The notes below the pieces were generated by a model. It ran no database searches. It was not told the origin of the DNA and saw only the letters and a list, made by a program, of their open reading frames with translations. This document shows positions 1-13,930 of a stretch of 64,000 nucleotides of DNA, one piece after another. The position numbers were made by a program, and so were the translations under genes. The first letter of the stretch is position 1; each line of letters opens with the position of its first letter. This DNA is from Octopus vulgaris (taxonomy: Eukaryota): assembly GCA_951406725.2 (NCBI GenBank), contig OX597816.1:89032001-89096000 (forward strand). Direction: 5' to 3'.

Positions 1-65
1 TAAATCCTGTAAAACAAATCTTCTGTGATTTTCATCTTCTCTCTCTCTCTGTCTCTCTCTCTCTC

Positions 66-127
<62 letters not shown>

Positions 128-309
128 GCGTTTTAGGTATTTGCACCACGGAAAACCCTTAATATCTTCACAACTTATCCGATTACGCGAAATTTGTTTC
201 ATATATTTACATTTCAAGGGGCAGTTAATTCATTGTATTTTCTGCATTATGCGCCAGTTTGGCTCAGTAACATTGCAAGCAAATAAACAAGATTCAGTCT
301 GACTTTTAA

Positions 310-349
<40 letters not shown>

Positions 350-351
<2 letters not shown>

Positions 352-522
352 CGTAGGAGTGGCTGTGTGGTAAGTAGCTTGCTTACCAACCACATTGTTC
401 CGGGTTCAGTCCCACTGCGTGGCATCTTGGGCAACTGTCTTCGGCTATAGCTCCGGGCCGACCAATGCCTTGTGAGTGGATTTGGTAGACGGAAACTGAA
501 AGAAACCTGTCGTATATATGTA

Positions 523-555
<33 letters not shown>

Positions 556-755
556 GTATATATGTTTGTGTGTCTGTGTTTCTTCCCCTAGCATTACTTT
601 ACGTCCCCGTCACTTAGCGGTTCGGCAAAAGAGAGCAATAGAATAAGTACTGGGCTTACAAAGAATAAGTCCTGGGGTCGATTTGCTCGAGTAAAGGCGA
701 TGCTCCAGCATGGCCGCAGTCAAATGACTGAAACAAGTAAAAGAGTAAAAGAGTA
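350..755 (+). mobile_element. tRNA-derived SINE, family A (full length, internal TA/TG microsatellite)
   Basis: The head has A-box-like TGGCTGTGTGGTAAG and B-box-like GGTTCAGTCCC. The 3' tail ends in CAGTCAAATGACTG plus (AGTAAAAG)n. Homologous pieces lie at 16150, 17476, 17640 and 52890. Confidence 0.85.
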
Positions 756-800
756 TATATTCATAGGCACACGCATACATATCTATATACCTACATTCAT

Positions 801-831
<31 letters not shown>

Positions 832-877
832 CATATACACACATTCATACACAAATATACATATGTGTGTGTGTGTG

Positions 878-922
<45 letters not shown>

Positions 923-1392
923 TGATTAATTATGCATATATTGTTGTTAATAATTTTATCAAGGAATACTTCTCGTTGCAGTCAATGTAGGAAGGTTGAA
1001 TGAATGACGCTGGAATTTTCATGTACACAATGGGTAAAATAAGATAAAAAAGTATTTTTGAAAATCAATATCAATAATTTGTGCTCTGGGTAAGGTTCTC
1101 GGTATTCAAGGTGACTTCTCTTTAAGAAAAACATTCAGAGAACGTCTTGACACACTTTAATATAGATTTCACTGATGTGTACATATGTATGGTGCTGTAT
1201 ACGAGGGTTATACATGTAAGTGCTGAAATATAGCAGTGTTATACGTGTATGAATAATGTATATGACGATAACATTACACACTGCCATAGTTTCTGCTAAG
1301 GAGTATTTCATTTAAAGAAGAAAGCTTCTCACCGATTTTGTGCTTGCCGTTATATTCGCTCAACCGCCTACTATCACAAACACACTTAAAAG

Positions 1393-1424
<32 letters not shown>

Positions 1425-1461
1425 CATATATTTAACTACATAAATACACTACTCTCAATTC

Positions 1462-1550
<89 letters not shown>

Positions 1551-1880
1551 TCATATATTTTCAGCTATTATATATATTCGTCTTACGATCATCACAATTG
1601 GTTGACAGCAGAAAATTTATTTCCGGTTTAGCTGTGCATCAGCTGTAATAGCAGGACTACTTTAAGGTCAAACATCCTGAAAAATTGTGTTCTTGATTGC
1701 TGCACTTGTAATTTGCACAGAGAAAATTTGGAAACATTCCACCATACATAACAATGCGATACCCTTTCCCATACAGTCACCCTACAACCCACAGTTTTGT
1801 GAACATGTTCTAATTTTTACTTGTAACATGAAATAGTTTATTTACAATGAGATTTTTTGTCCAGCTGTCAGTATATTTGT

Positions 1881-2167
1881 CGCATGGAGAATAGTGGTTA
1901 GGGCAGCGGACTTGCGGTTGTAGGATCGCGGTTTCGATTCGCAGACCGGGCGTTGTGAGTGTTTATTGAGTTCCACGAGGCTCCGGCAGGGGGTGGTGGT
2001 GATCCCTGGTGTACTCTTTCACCACAACTTTCTCTCACTCTTTCTTCTGTTCGCCTGCTCGCTTAGCCAGCGGGGTGGCGTCATTTGGAGGCTGAAACAA
2101 TGCGAAGCGCATCGTCACCAGCGATGTGTAGCAACATCTGATAGCCTGGTCGGTCACGGGGATCACG

Positions 2168-2170
<3 letters not shown>
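1881..2170 (+). mobile_element. tRNA-derived SINE, family B
   Basis: A-box-like TAGTGGTTAGGGCAGCGGAC and B-box-like GGTTTCGATTC, then a GC-rich body ending at a (TA)n tract. Confidence 0.65.
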
Positions 2171-2220
<50 letters not shown>

Positions 2221-2281
2221 TGTAGTATATATACATATAGCAGTATATATATGGTGTTATATATATATTATATTATATATT

Positions 2282-2557
2282 ATCGTTTTATTTATATTTC
2301 GAAAGGCACAAATTACCAAAATCCGATGGAATAATGGGACCATATTGTGTCTATCTCTTCAGGAAGAAAATAGAGTTTCGCCATGGGCTCTTAGGAGCAT
2401 AGTTCGATTTGTTTTTGCTCCGCCTCTGTTCTGTTTTTGTTTTTCCAACGGATTTCCTATTTTCTTCCTGAAGAGAAAGACACAATATGGTCCCATTATT
2501 CCATCGGATTTTGGTAATTTGTGCCTTTCGAAACACGTGTAGAATGAAATAAAACGA
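2282..2557. repeat. Foldback inverted repeat (77-bp arms, 83-bp loop), probably Penelope-like pLTR-derived
   Basis: 2297-2373 is the reverse complement of 2457-2533 with one mismatch; short outer arms CGTTTTATTT/AAATAAAACG. Confidence 0.9.
2461..2549 (+). ncRNA. Type I hammerhead ribozyme motif
   Basis: Reads TTC-CTGAAGA-GAAAGACACAA...TTGTGCCTTTC-GAAA-CACGTG-TA-GAA. It has an intact core, an 11-bp stem II with one mismatch, a palindromic stem III, a GUA cleavage triplet and stem I TTC/GAA. Confidence 0.75.
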
Positions 2558-2606
2558 TTTCTGTTCAATCTGCGTTCAGCTCCATTTCTTCAATTCACCA
2601 ATAATG

Positions 2607-2642
<36 letters not shown>

Positions 2643-3161
2643 CATACATATATATACATACATACATACATATACATATACATATATATATATAGAGGGA
2701 GAGAGAGATACGATGAAAAATTACAGAAGATTTGGTTTTACAGGATTTAAGAATATATTAGACCAATCTTAATTAAGATATACAATTTTGTACAAAATAA
2801 GGTTTTGTTTTTACTGCATAATTGAAGTAAAGACAAGTTTCGCATTGCTCATCAAACCGAGAGTTGAAAGAGATAAATTGCTAGGGAGGCAAAATATTGC
2901 TAGGAGAGATAATTGTTCACGCATGCAGTAAAGAGGAGATAAATCTGTATTTGTTTCGTCTTTTTGTGTTCTCTGCTTTATATATACATTGGATTTTACT
3001 CAAAGGATATTGGAATATTGCATATATATACCATTATGCCTATATAACGGATTTACATCTTCAATACCCATACATATCTTACATCTATTTTCTTTCCTCC
3101 ACCTCACTCTCTATTTTGTATCACATCTAAACTAACTATGACTTAATTTTCCTCTCACACC

Positions 3162-3213
3162 GTCTCCGATGATTGGATATTATTAATCAATATCGTAGAA
3201 ACAGTTGTAAGAC
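3162..3213 (+). ncRNA. Degenerate type I hammerhead motif
   Basis: Reads GTCT-CCGATGA-(GATATT..AATATC)-GAAAC-AGTT-GTA-AGAC. Stem I is perfect; the core has a U4>C change. Confidence 0.55.
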
Positions 3214-3429
3214 CTATATATAAATGCTCTAATATGTATACAGCCTTGGGTTTTTTTATCTTATCACGCAAAAAATTCTTATATACACACACTGACATAG
3301 AACCGACGTTGAACCCTTTATTCGCAATATTACCGAATTTGGAACTTAACTTTGGTCTGTCTATAACACTTATTCAGCATTACCCGACAACTTTGGGTCT
3401 CAATGACACTATTAACTCTTATATATATA

Positions 3430-3926
3430 CTAGCAGTATCACCGGGTGTTGCTCGGGTTTGTAAGGGAAATAACTATATAAGCATTTTTAGAGAGTTACC
3501 TCCCTTATAGATGCCAATTCGGGCTTTCTTAGCCATTTCTGTTTTGGTGTCTTCAAGCCATGAAGTCGTTGTTCTAAAGGAACGCTGGTCTCCTTGAAAA
3601 CGCTTTACGACGTTGATTTCCTTACACTCCCTTCTCCACAGCTTCACGAGGGAGGGAAAAAGGGGGAGAAGCAAACAGGTGCAGGTGTGACCATGGACGC
3701 CAACTCCGCCGCCATCGACACACGAAAAATTATGCATTAAAATGGAATAAAAAATGATGTTAAATTATTTTTAAAATCGTAGACTAATCGTAGACGCGCG
3801 CTAATACTCAGACGGGCTCGATATGAATCACGACTATAAGATACCTGAATTTGGTTAAACTGCACCGCAAAATGTGGGAGTAGTTAGGAATCTAAATCGA
3901 AGGGGACAGACACTCACACAACTACA

Positions 3927-3940
<14 letters not shown>
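3430..3940 (-). mobile_element. Non-autonomous Helitron, copy 1
   Basis: Near-identical inverted copy of 51064-51576. The 3' end is CTAG|T with a GC-rich subterminal segment; the 5' end merges into (TA)n. Confidence 0.75.
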
Positions 3941-3974
<34 letters not shown>

Positions 3975-4393
3975 TTTATTTATATATATATCCACATGCA
4001 TATATGGTGTACTTATCACGTGCAAAGGAATTTTATGTTTATACATACGAGGATTCGCTCACGTACGTACATACACACCCAGACTTACGGACACTTGTAT
4101 ATGTACACACATATACACATATATAAATGCAAGCATACATATACACACGCACACATTCATACACACACATGTGTATACATAAATATATACACACAGACAT
4201 ATATTAATAATATATATATATATATAATAGTGTACATATAAACACAAGAGAAATTACCTTTAACAGGTAATTTTAGACGCTAGAAGAAGTAGTCAAAACG
4301 ATCGAAACCACACTTAAGAGCTATTTCGAAGGGAATGGAAAATAAAAGCCTTTACCTTGCTACTTTTTACGGTTATATATATAAACACACGAG

Positions 4394-4453
<60 letters not shown>

Positions 4454-4759
4454 GAAAGCGCGTGCGCGTACATAAACACGGTTATATATAAATCTATGCA
4501 CTAATGTGAAAGGGTTATTATTGCTTTCAAATATTTACTTACAATAGCAAGATAGCTGTTCACACCTTCCCTACATATAAAAATACATGCATATGCAAAA
4601 CTTATTCAGTTACACACTTCGACACATACGCACCCGCATACATGTACATACACACATACACTCACACACACGCAGTCATATTCATATATATATATATATA
4701 TATACATCCATATATTTATACACATACATACACACACACACATATATATGTATATATGC

Positions 4760-4851
<92 letters not shown>

Positions 4852-5410
4852 CTGTGCACTTCTGGCCTTTCGGGTGCCTTAAAAGTTATATTAGTTAGCA
4901 GTTATACCGAAATAGGTTTCTACTAAAGTATATGTTTTGTGAGGTTACTGAAAGTACTAGCAACTTATTATATCTGTATTTTAACATTTTTAGCAAGCAT
5001 AATTTTCATGTCCTACCATTTCGCTGTTAAAACGGTCAGCATGAAGGATATAATAGATAATCAGTGTCATATGACTTAAGTGTAATTCAATCTATTTATC
5101 TATTTTTCGCCATAGAAATGCATTTTACTTCTACAGAAACGTATTGAACATGCATACATAAATACATACACACATACATATACGCATACTTATATTCATA
5201 CATACATGCATACATACATACGTATATGTGTGTATTTGTGTACGTACAGACACATACACACATATATATTCACACACACGCACACAAACACGCACATATA
5301 CACAAACTCATCGACACTTCTAGATATACACACTAACATGAATTAATATTCACATACAAACATGCATATATATATATATATGTATGCTTAGATGCATATG
5401 TATACATATG

Positions 5411-5488
<78 letters not shown>

Positions 5489-5547
5489 CATATATATACA
5501 TATATATTTATATATACACATATATACTTATATATACATATATATGT

Positions 5548-5877
<330 letters not shown>

Positions 5878-7221
5878 GTATATATATATATACTTACAAG
5901 GTGAGCAATATATATATATATATATATGAAATATACATTCACATTATGAGGCGTAATAGAACATACAGCAGGCCACCATGTATCAGGTATATGACTCATC
6001 TACTTCCAGAACTCAAATAATTTGTGCCATCACCTCTCCATTAGAAAAGCAACAGTATCGTTATTCGCACGCATAGAGAGCAAAAATACAGCTAAAGCGA
6101 TAATTTAGCAACAAACCGTTGTAAAACAGGCAATATCCCTTGATCAGTATGCTAAGAAATGTGTAACCTATCCAACTAATTATCTAGACATCTAAACTGT
6201 TTCCTGCCATGTTTGTTTTATTTCTTTATTCTTTTTGTTTTTATTATATTACTGCATCGTACGTTAATCAAGTTAAATATTCATAAATATAACATTCTTA
6301 ACGAATAAGTAGGTGAGAATCCGCTGAGTTTCAGATATAAAAATGTTAAGTCAACATTTTATGTTCTGTTATTGTCATTATATTTGAGTGTGTTAGTGTG
6401 ATTGGTTGTGAATATGAATGTATGAGTATGTATTTTGTGTATTTATAAGTGTGCAGAGGTGTTACTGGTTACTTTTTATGTTCTTTTGTTACCCGATCAT
6501 AAAGAAACAAAACATCTAGCTTATGTTCTATTGCACCACACTGTTTCCTTTAATCACATTAAAAGAGCTTTAAAGGTAAGCGGAATTTCGACTTCTTGGT
6601 TTTCAGCAATTTTTCTTCCAGAGTGAAAAAGAAGTCAGTATTTTTATCAGTCTATATTCTGGGGTTTTTTTGTAATGCTTGTTGATGGAAATGTGCATTA
6701 GTTATATTTATATGACATCTCCTAAGGCGTAAATATCAGACACCGTATTTTCCTTCCGACATATATTATCACATTTATATATTTTACAAATATCAATTTT
6801 ATTTAATTATTTAGAAAAGAAAAAAACATTTCACGAAATATCACTAGCTATTCCGGGTAATATTCTAACACATGCTTTACATTAATGAGTTAAGACAATC
6901 TCCTTAGGGTTTCCTCCTCACTATCCTACAGCAATAATACATGTATATTTATATATTTTGAGTAAATTAAAGCATGAAAAAATATGTTTCCTGTCAAACA
7001 TTCCTCAATTAGACATACCAACTGATTCGAACACCCAAAGTAGTAAACACACTTGAATATGTAAATCAAATGTGTTTTCACTTCTTCAAAACAGCACACA
7101 GGATACTTCAAACAACGACACATCGTCATACCCTGCTGTTCGATGGGGGCACTAAGATTGAGATTAAAGAGCTGAGCTTAAATTGTCTTCCCTCTCTCTA
7201 TGTATATATATATATATATAT

Positions 7222-8197
7222 AGAAGCATGCTTGAGTCCAATAGCAGTAAACAAACCAATCACATCTTTACAATAACACAGATCATTAATACTTTCATAG
7301 TAAATTCCAAATTCTTCATGGTGCTTCCAGTACACAGATGTCTTGCAGTCTTCCTCCAGTAGCTTCCATACCTTCAACCTTGATGAAAGAAGTTCAACCC
7401 CTGACTTAGTAAGACCCAAACCTCTGATTAAATCATCTAGCTCACTCTGATTTTGAAAGTGAGGTTCTGAAGTCGTTCTTGGTACGAAAGCTTCCTCCAT
7501 TTCTTGGCTGTTGCTACTTGTTGATTCTTCAGATGAAATATTTTCTGCTTGTAGTGGTGCTCGTAAACTGTCATCATGTGGGACACGTGCACTAGATTGT
7601 AGTATGTCTGGATACTGAAGAGCTTGTCTTCCTTTCACTTTTCTGTACTTTGTCACATTCATCATACAAAAGTAACAATCATCGTGATGGTTCGTTGGCT
7701 CTCTCCATAGCCTTGGAATGGCAAAAGGCATTGACCTTCCTGTACCTTCTAACCATTCTTCTAGAGTAGATCGACAACTTCCACATATCACATGTGGGGC
7801 CTATGGTTTGTCCTGGTCACCCATGGGCATTCCTAAATAGAGTCTGTATGCTATCCACAATTTGGTACCTTTCACGATCTTATGTAATACCTGTTTTTTC
7901 CAATATAATAACCACACACATAGGAAAATGTATCTGGAGAATTTTTACATACTCTAGTAGCCATCCTGAAAGTAACAGAACTTAGTAATTAGGCTGAAAG
8001 AGAAAATTAGACATAAATTTAGTAGCGGAACATTATAACAATACCGAATATATAATAACATTGAAAGTCGACATATTTTTTTAACTGTTGATGATACTCA
8101 AACAATAATTTCATTTTTGGAATCAGCAGAAAAAATAGATTGATAAACAATTAAAAAATTACAGTAAATAATTTTTTTTGAAAATTGTTACGTTGTG
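7222..8197 (-). mobile_element. Chapaev3-like (CMC) transposon, 5' end and N-terminal transposase
   Basis: CAC terminus at 8197 next to TAA. The ATG at 7964 gives MATRVCKNSPDTFSYVCG; ORF 7198-7791 has MPFAIPRLWREPTNHHDDCYFC and ELDDLIRGLGLTKSGVELLSSRLK. Confidence 0.75.
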
Positions 8198-8229
8198 TTA
8201 TCACTGTACATTTGGGTATGAGACACGTG

Positions 8230-8400
8230 TCTGCTAAGTTTGTGCCAAAACTCGGGTTTTATTTGAACAAGGTCTCCTTCATTGTGTCGAGAACGATGAA
8301 AACGTTTTGAAAACTTTACGTAGGCATTTGAGCAGGTATCGCCAAGCTTTTGGCAAACTTTGATGCAGATTCTCAGCTCAACTTTCACTATTACGGTCAA
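8230..8400 (-). mobile_element. mariner transposase N-terminal fragment
   Basis: VELRICIKVCQKLGDTCSNAY resembles the mariner N-terminal HTH. Confidence 0.5.
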
Positions 8401-8407
8401 TGCGTCG

Positions 8408-8967
8408 ATCATATGGTACACATATTAATTCCAAGCACTGCTGTAAACAAGAGAGCACATTGGGCCCCACGAGTGGAACTGCAGCCAGGAATGTTAAATG
8501 TTCTCAAACAGCCTCTAGTAGATTCCAAAAAAAATCTTATTACCCCCCACTTCATATCAAACTCGGATTGGTAAAACAGTTTGTGGAGGCCTTATATTTT
8601 AGAGGAGAAGCTTTTCAAGAAATTTGTCTTATGTTTCCAATACTATCTGAGGCTAAGATTGAGGGTGGCATATTTGTTGGGTCCCAAGTAAATGCGATGT
8701 TAAAGAAACTGGAAAGAGCGATGACAAAAGTTGAAAAAGAAGCTTGGTGTACATTTCGTGATGTAGTTCGTGGATTCCTAGGAAACCACAAGGATCCTAA
8801 ATACAAACAGCTGGTAGCAAAGCTTATTGAAAACTACAAGAAAATGGGTTGTCGTATGTCCTTGAAGATTCATTTTTTGCACTATTACCTAGATTTTTTT
8901 CCCGAAAACTTGGGTGATGTCAGTGAGGAGCATGGTGAGAGATTTCACCAGGACATCGCAACTATGA
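8408..8967 (+). pseudogene. Chapaev3-like transposase C-terminal fragment
   Basis: Motifs PPLHIKLGLVKQFV, KIEGGIFVGSQV and GCRMSLKIHFLH..LDFFPENLGDVSEEHGERFHQDI. Confidence 0.8.
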
Positions 8968-9796
8968 TTATATTCGAATTTCCGATACTATTTAGGTGCA
9001 ATAATTTCCCAGAGACAGTGATCATAGACAACCTACATTCGAATTCCTTGTAGAACACTCTTAGTGCAGAACCGCTTGCATCCCATCCAGACAGATATAC
9101 CGGGTAAGCTTTACATGTGTCGAAAATCCAAATAAATCGCTCACATGTATTTTGATTTTCCTAACTTAATACCATTTCTAATAAAGCCGCCTGATAGAAT
9201 TATCGCAGTGAGAGACTTTATTCCGGCTTTGGTGATCGTTTATTCTCGTCAGCAATAATAAATTATTGGAACCTACCTGTAAGTTTTCCACCTCAGCTGA
9301 GAAAATATATTCAAACACAGGAATATTTCGATATTTTGAAAAATTACCGTAAGAGGCATTATTTTATGCGGATACATCCCGGGTTTATATGTATGTTTAC
9401 CATTCATTATTTTTTTTGTTTCGTTTTGATTTTGCAAATAAATGGTGTAAGGTCGATGTGTTCCCAGCATTTTAAAATTTGAATATTTATTTGTATACCA
9501 TGTATTGAGCTCTTTATTCATTTAATGTTTCCTATATTTTATATGATTTTATATGATTTATTTATAATAAATTGCAACATATATGTGCGTGTGCATATCC
9601 ATATACGTATATCTAACTATCAATCTATATGTATCTATCAAATTTTATATATGTGTATGTGTGTGTGTGTTTATGCATGTGTGTGTTTAAATGTGTGTAT
9701 AGACGTCTGTGCATATGAATATGTGTATGTATATATATACACATATACGTGCATAGGTATAATACATGTAAAAAATAAATATATAGACAGATGAAC

Positions 9797-9889
<93 letters not shown>
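9797..9889 (+). repeat. (GATA)n microsatellite
   Basis: Direct tandem repeat. Confidence 0.95.
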
Positions 9890-9890
<1 letters not shown>

Positions 9891-10831
9891 ATAGATTAGA
9901 CAGAGAGACAGATAGATAACTACATACATTGAGTTATATAGATATTCACGCTTGCACACATATTCACACAAAGCAATCAGACGTATAGTTTTGTTATTGT
10001 ATCACTTACACTTTAGTATATACTAATAGAAATAAGAAAACGCAGAGAAAGAAAGAAAAGAAAAGCAAGGAAAACACTCTAAGCTGAAATGCTCCTTTTA
10101 TAGGTTACATTATCTGGAATTGCTCTTAACTTGGAACAATAAATAGCCTTCATGTTGAAGAAAGAAAACAATTTATATAAATTAGTTCCTATATCAAACA
10201 TCAAAGTTTAAGTTCGCCATTTTCTTCTCTTTTGTTTCTTTAAAACGAAAAAGAATCATTTTGCGCAGCGAAGCCAAAGCTATAAAATAAAATTTATGAT
10301 ACCTAATATTTTATTTTTATTTTTATTCCTTTTATTTTCAATTTTATTTTAGAATACTTCTTTTAATTTATATATTATTTGTTTCGTTTTAGAGTTGGCT
10401 TTTTTTTGTCATCTGATTTCATATATATTTCTATATCTCTACCTTATCCGCTTTGCAAATTTGTCATTACCTCTTTGTCTCCTGTCTCTGTCAATGCCAT
10501 TTTCTTTTGTCTATCTCTTGTTCACCTCTCTTCCATCTCTCTGTCCATATACTCATCCACACACGCACACACACATACAAACACACATATACACACACGC
10601 GCGCACACATATATACACGCACGCACACACACAAACACAAGCACACACATATATATTGTATACATGCATGATAACTCTGTCCACGAACAAACACACATGC
10701 ACACACACACACATAAACGCACGCATATATATTGCATACATGCATGATATATTTTATATGTGCATATGCATATATATGTTATGTCGGCACACACACACAG
10801 AAACACACACATATATATGTATAAACCAATT

Positions 10832-10892
<61 letters not shown>

Positions 10893-11129
10893 ATGTGTGT
10901 GTGTGCGTGTACACGAGTGTGAGTATGTGTATATGGCGTAGATATATTTTAATGAGCGTTTTCTATTTTTTGCTCCATTTTGTTGCCACTTATTCTAGTG
11001 TGTTGCTTAGCATTTTAGATTTGAGAATTGTAAAACGCTTTTATACCATTTGGAAAATAATACGTTGTAATATATTTTTCGCAATTACTTCATTTTTATT
11101 ACCATATTTGTTGTTGCTATTTTTCGTTG

Positions 11130-11131
<2 letters not shown>

Positions 11132-11188
<57 letters not shown>

Positions 11189-11223
11189 TAATATCATTAT
11201 TTTCATTCTTCTTCTTCTTCTTC

Positions 11224-11302
<79 letters not shown>

Positions 11303-11325
11303 CATTATTATTATCATTATTGTTA
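11132..11325 (+). repeat. (ATT)n/(CTT)n microsatellite
   Basis: Direct tandem repeat. Confidence 0.95.
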
Positions 11326-11698
11326 TTGTTAGAGTTGTGTGAAAATTCTAACCTTATTGTGATTGTCTTTGTTGCTTTCTCGTTATTGTTATTATATTCT
11401 TTTAACTTAATGAAAGTTGCTAAATGTTATATAGATGCAATGATGTTTTATCAACAAATTCAGTTTTTGTGCTTATTTGTTTTATTTTATTTATTGTTTT
11501 TTTTTTTTGCTTTTAGCTTATTTATTTATTTATTTATTCATTATTTCAAAATTCAATTTGTATTTTGCTTTATCATTTCCATTTCATATCTATTGTAAAC
11601 TAGCGAGAAAGAGATGCTGTGTGATAATATCCTCCGTTCACCTACAGTAGAGCAAACGATAGGGGAGAGGGCAGTAACAGATAGAAGACGCAGATATT

Positions 11699-11745
<47 letters not shown>

Positions 11746-13249
11746 GATCGGTCGGAAAGTAAAAGAATATAAGTAATTTGCAAACAATTTGTTGCAAACT
11801 ATGGTGGAGAGATAGAAAAAGCAGTTAATATGCAAGAAAGAAAAAGCAAAGATATAAAGAATGGAGGAGAAAAGAAATATAGACTGAATGAATAAATAGA
11901 TGGATATAATAACTAAAAGAAGAAGCATAAACAAAGAGTAAAAGAGAGGCACAAAAGAAGTAGATAGATAAGGACAGAGACTGTGGTAAGTAGAAGCAAT
12001 GAGAGGAAAAGGAAAGAGAAGCATAAAGACTGAAAATAGACTGACTGTTCCATGAAGAGACCGAAGTTGGTATAGAGGCAGGTAAATACGTACATGGGTA
12101 GACATAATTGGGTTTATAAATATTATATCATAACGAGACTAGTTTAATTGATTCATGTTATAGTCTGTAGCGGCGGTGGTGGTGGTGGTTTGCTTCCATA
12201 TAATTCTTCTTTCTTAAGGTGTTGCACGATTTTTTAAAAGCTGGGAACCATTTGGATTTTATTTAAACATAGTAATTTGTCCGTTCACTTTTCAATCGTC
12301 ACATCCGTTTATCAGTGGGCAGTCTGTTCCACCAATGAGAAACAGAGGTTTTTCCCTGTATCAGCTCTGTTTGAACAGCACCATAAACAAAGGCTTTCCA
12401 GTTATAAACTTGGCGCCTTCTTTTCATCAGTTGTTATATATCTAGGACTACTTTTGAGATAGAAGAATTAGATTTTATGAAATATGGCAGCTAATTGCAC
12501 CAAATCAGATAACTATATCGGATCAACCCAAATTGAGTTACGTTGTTCTCATCCAGTGAATACAAACAAAGTAAATAAATATCCACTATTTACACGATTT
12601 AGGTGACTGAGGGCAACATTTCATAAATGTCACAATCGTATGTTCCAAATCAATTTGACATGAAATTATGTATTGGAATAGAAGAGATATATTTAGACGG
12701 AGTTAGATTTGTCGACATTTTAAGCATATGCACTACATTTTATACATTTTTGTAAATCAGAGACTGAGGTTGAAAGCTATTAAGGTAGTGAGAAAAGTAA
12801 GTTAATCTGAAGAGATATGTCTTCTTTTATTTTTCAGCAGAATACATTCCACTAAATGCTTTCAATTATTTGGTGATCGTGTTGAACCCGACCACAGATT
12901 AAATTTACCAACCAAGAATAACCTATTATATTCAGGTGGTCGTTCCTACAGCTAACCAGCTATTCCATTTCATAGATAAAGCTTTGGTATATGCGCGATT
13001 ATGATGGAAAATATTCCCTCAGTATGCCGAACATGGGTTCGAACTCCAAATGAAGTAGTTGTGAAATGAATGATAACAGATTAAGGAGTATTATTCAAAG
13101 TGGTTTAGTTTTACTTTTATTTTTGAAGCCTACTGTTGAACTCTGTCAGCGTCATCGCTAGCTGATCTGATGCTTCTCCTCATTGGAACTGTGCCGTTCC
13201 CCGCTGATGAGACCAACTTTCCAAGCAATGCCTTTTAAGAAGAGCTTTA

Positions 13250-13425
13250 GAGATATATTGTACTTCGGCTCCTTGTCAGAGGCACTAACAGTGACGCTAA
13301 GGAAGCTATGTTTGTAATCTACAAAAGCGATGCAAAAATATAGCATATATTTTGCTCGTACTAGAAGCTGTGTTAGAATTAATATGTGATCCATCGTGCT
13401 GTAGTTGTTACGATATCATCTTTTC
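13250..13425 (-). mobile_element. RTE-clade LINE RT fragment
   Basis: DHILILTQLL...FCIAFVDYKHSFLSV matches the RT motif FVDYEKAFDSV. Confidence 0.6.
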
Positions 13426-13599
13426 TTTTCTTTTGAAGCAAGACCGTACCTGACTCATTCCATTGCGAAGAAAATTCTCTTTCTTTCAAATGAGAGCAAA
13501 ATACACGTCTGAAAACGTATTTGAAGTTCGGAAACGATAAAACTGAGGTAGTAAAAGATGAACGTTGACGAACTTAAGAAAGACGTCTACGTGAAAAGA

Positions 13600-13930
13600 T
13601 ATAAATATATGCCTAGATATCAACGCTGGAATATTATGCAGATATATTTGCTTGGAATATTATTATGAGAACATATCCGAAACGAACAAGTTCAAGGACT
13701 GAGTGGGAATGAAGTGAAATCGTAGAATATCGAAAGCACAAATTCTGTTTGTCCAGACATGTCACAAGGCTCACAGGCAATGAATGGCCCTGTGCAGTTG
13801 ACGAGTGGTATCCAAGAAACGAGAAGTGACCAATAGGAAGGCCTCTAAGAATACACAGAGACTACATATTAATACAAGCGAAGGGGAGGCTGCAATCAAA
13901 TGAAATATTGAAGATGAATGTAACTAGTGA
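13600..13930 (+). mobile_element. RTE-clade LINE C-terminal fragment (degenerate)
   Basis: Translates to HVTRLTGNEW..AVDEWYPRNEK*PIGRP, typical of an RTE C-terminus. Confidence 0.5.

Noticed and set aside
350-425. tRNA gene
   Set aside because: It is the tRNA-like head of a multi-copy SINE and lacks a complete cloverleaf.
3474-3737. 87-aa ORF conserved at 51269-51532
   Set aside because: Its conservation is explained by recent duplication of the Helitron, and it has no recognisable domain.
4275-4325. GCTAGAAGAAG...CGAAAC hammerhead-like remnant
   Set aside because: The core is disrupted and the stems are weak.
6435-6626. Possible host exon ending at AAAG|GTAAG
   Set aside because: There is no recognisable protein similarity or partner exon, so it cannot be supported without RNA-seq.
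9180-9520. Possible Penelope C-terminal remnant (YKPGM) with CTGACGA; a similar YRPG segment lies at ~53200-53340
   Set aside because: Too degenerate to support, with no GAAA partner or clear GIY-YIG motif.
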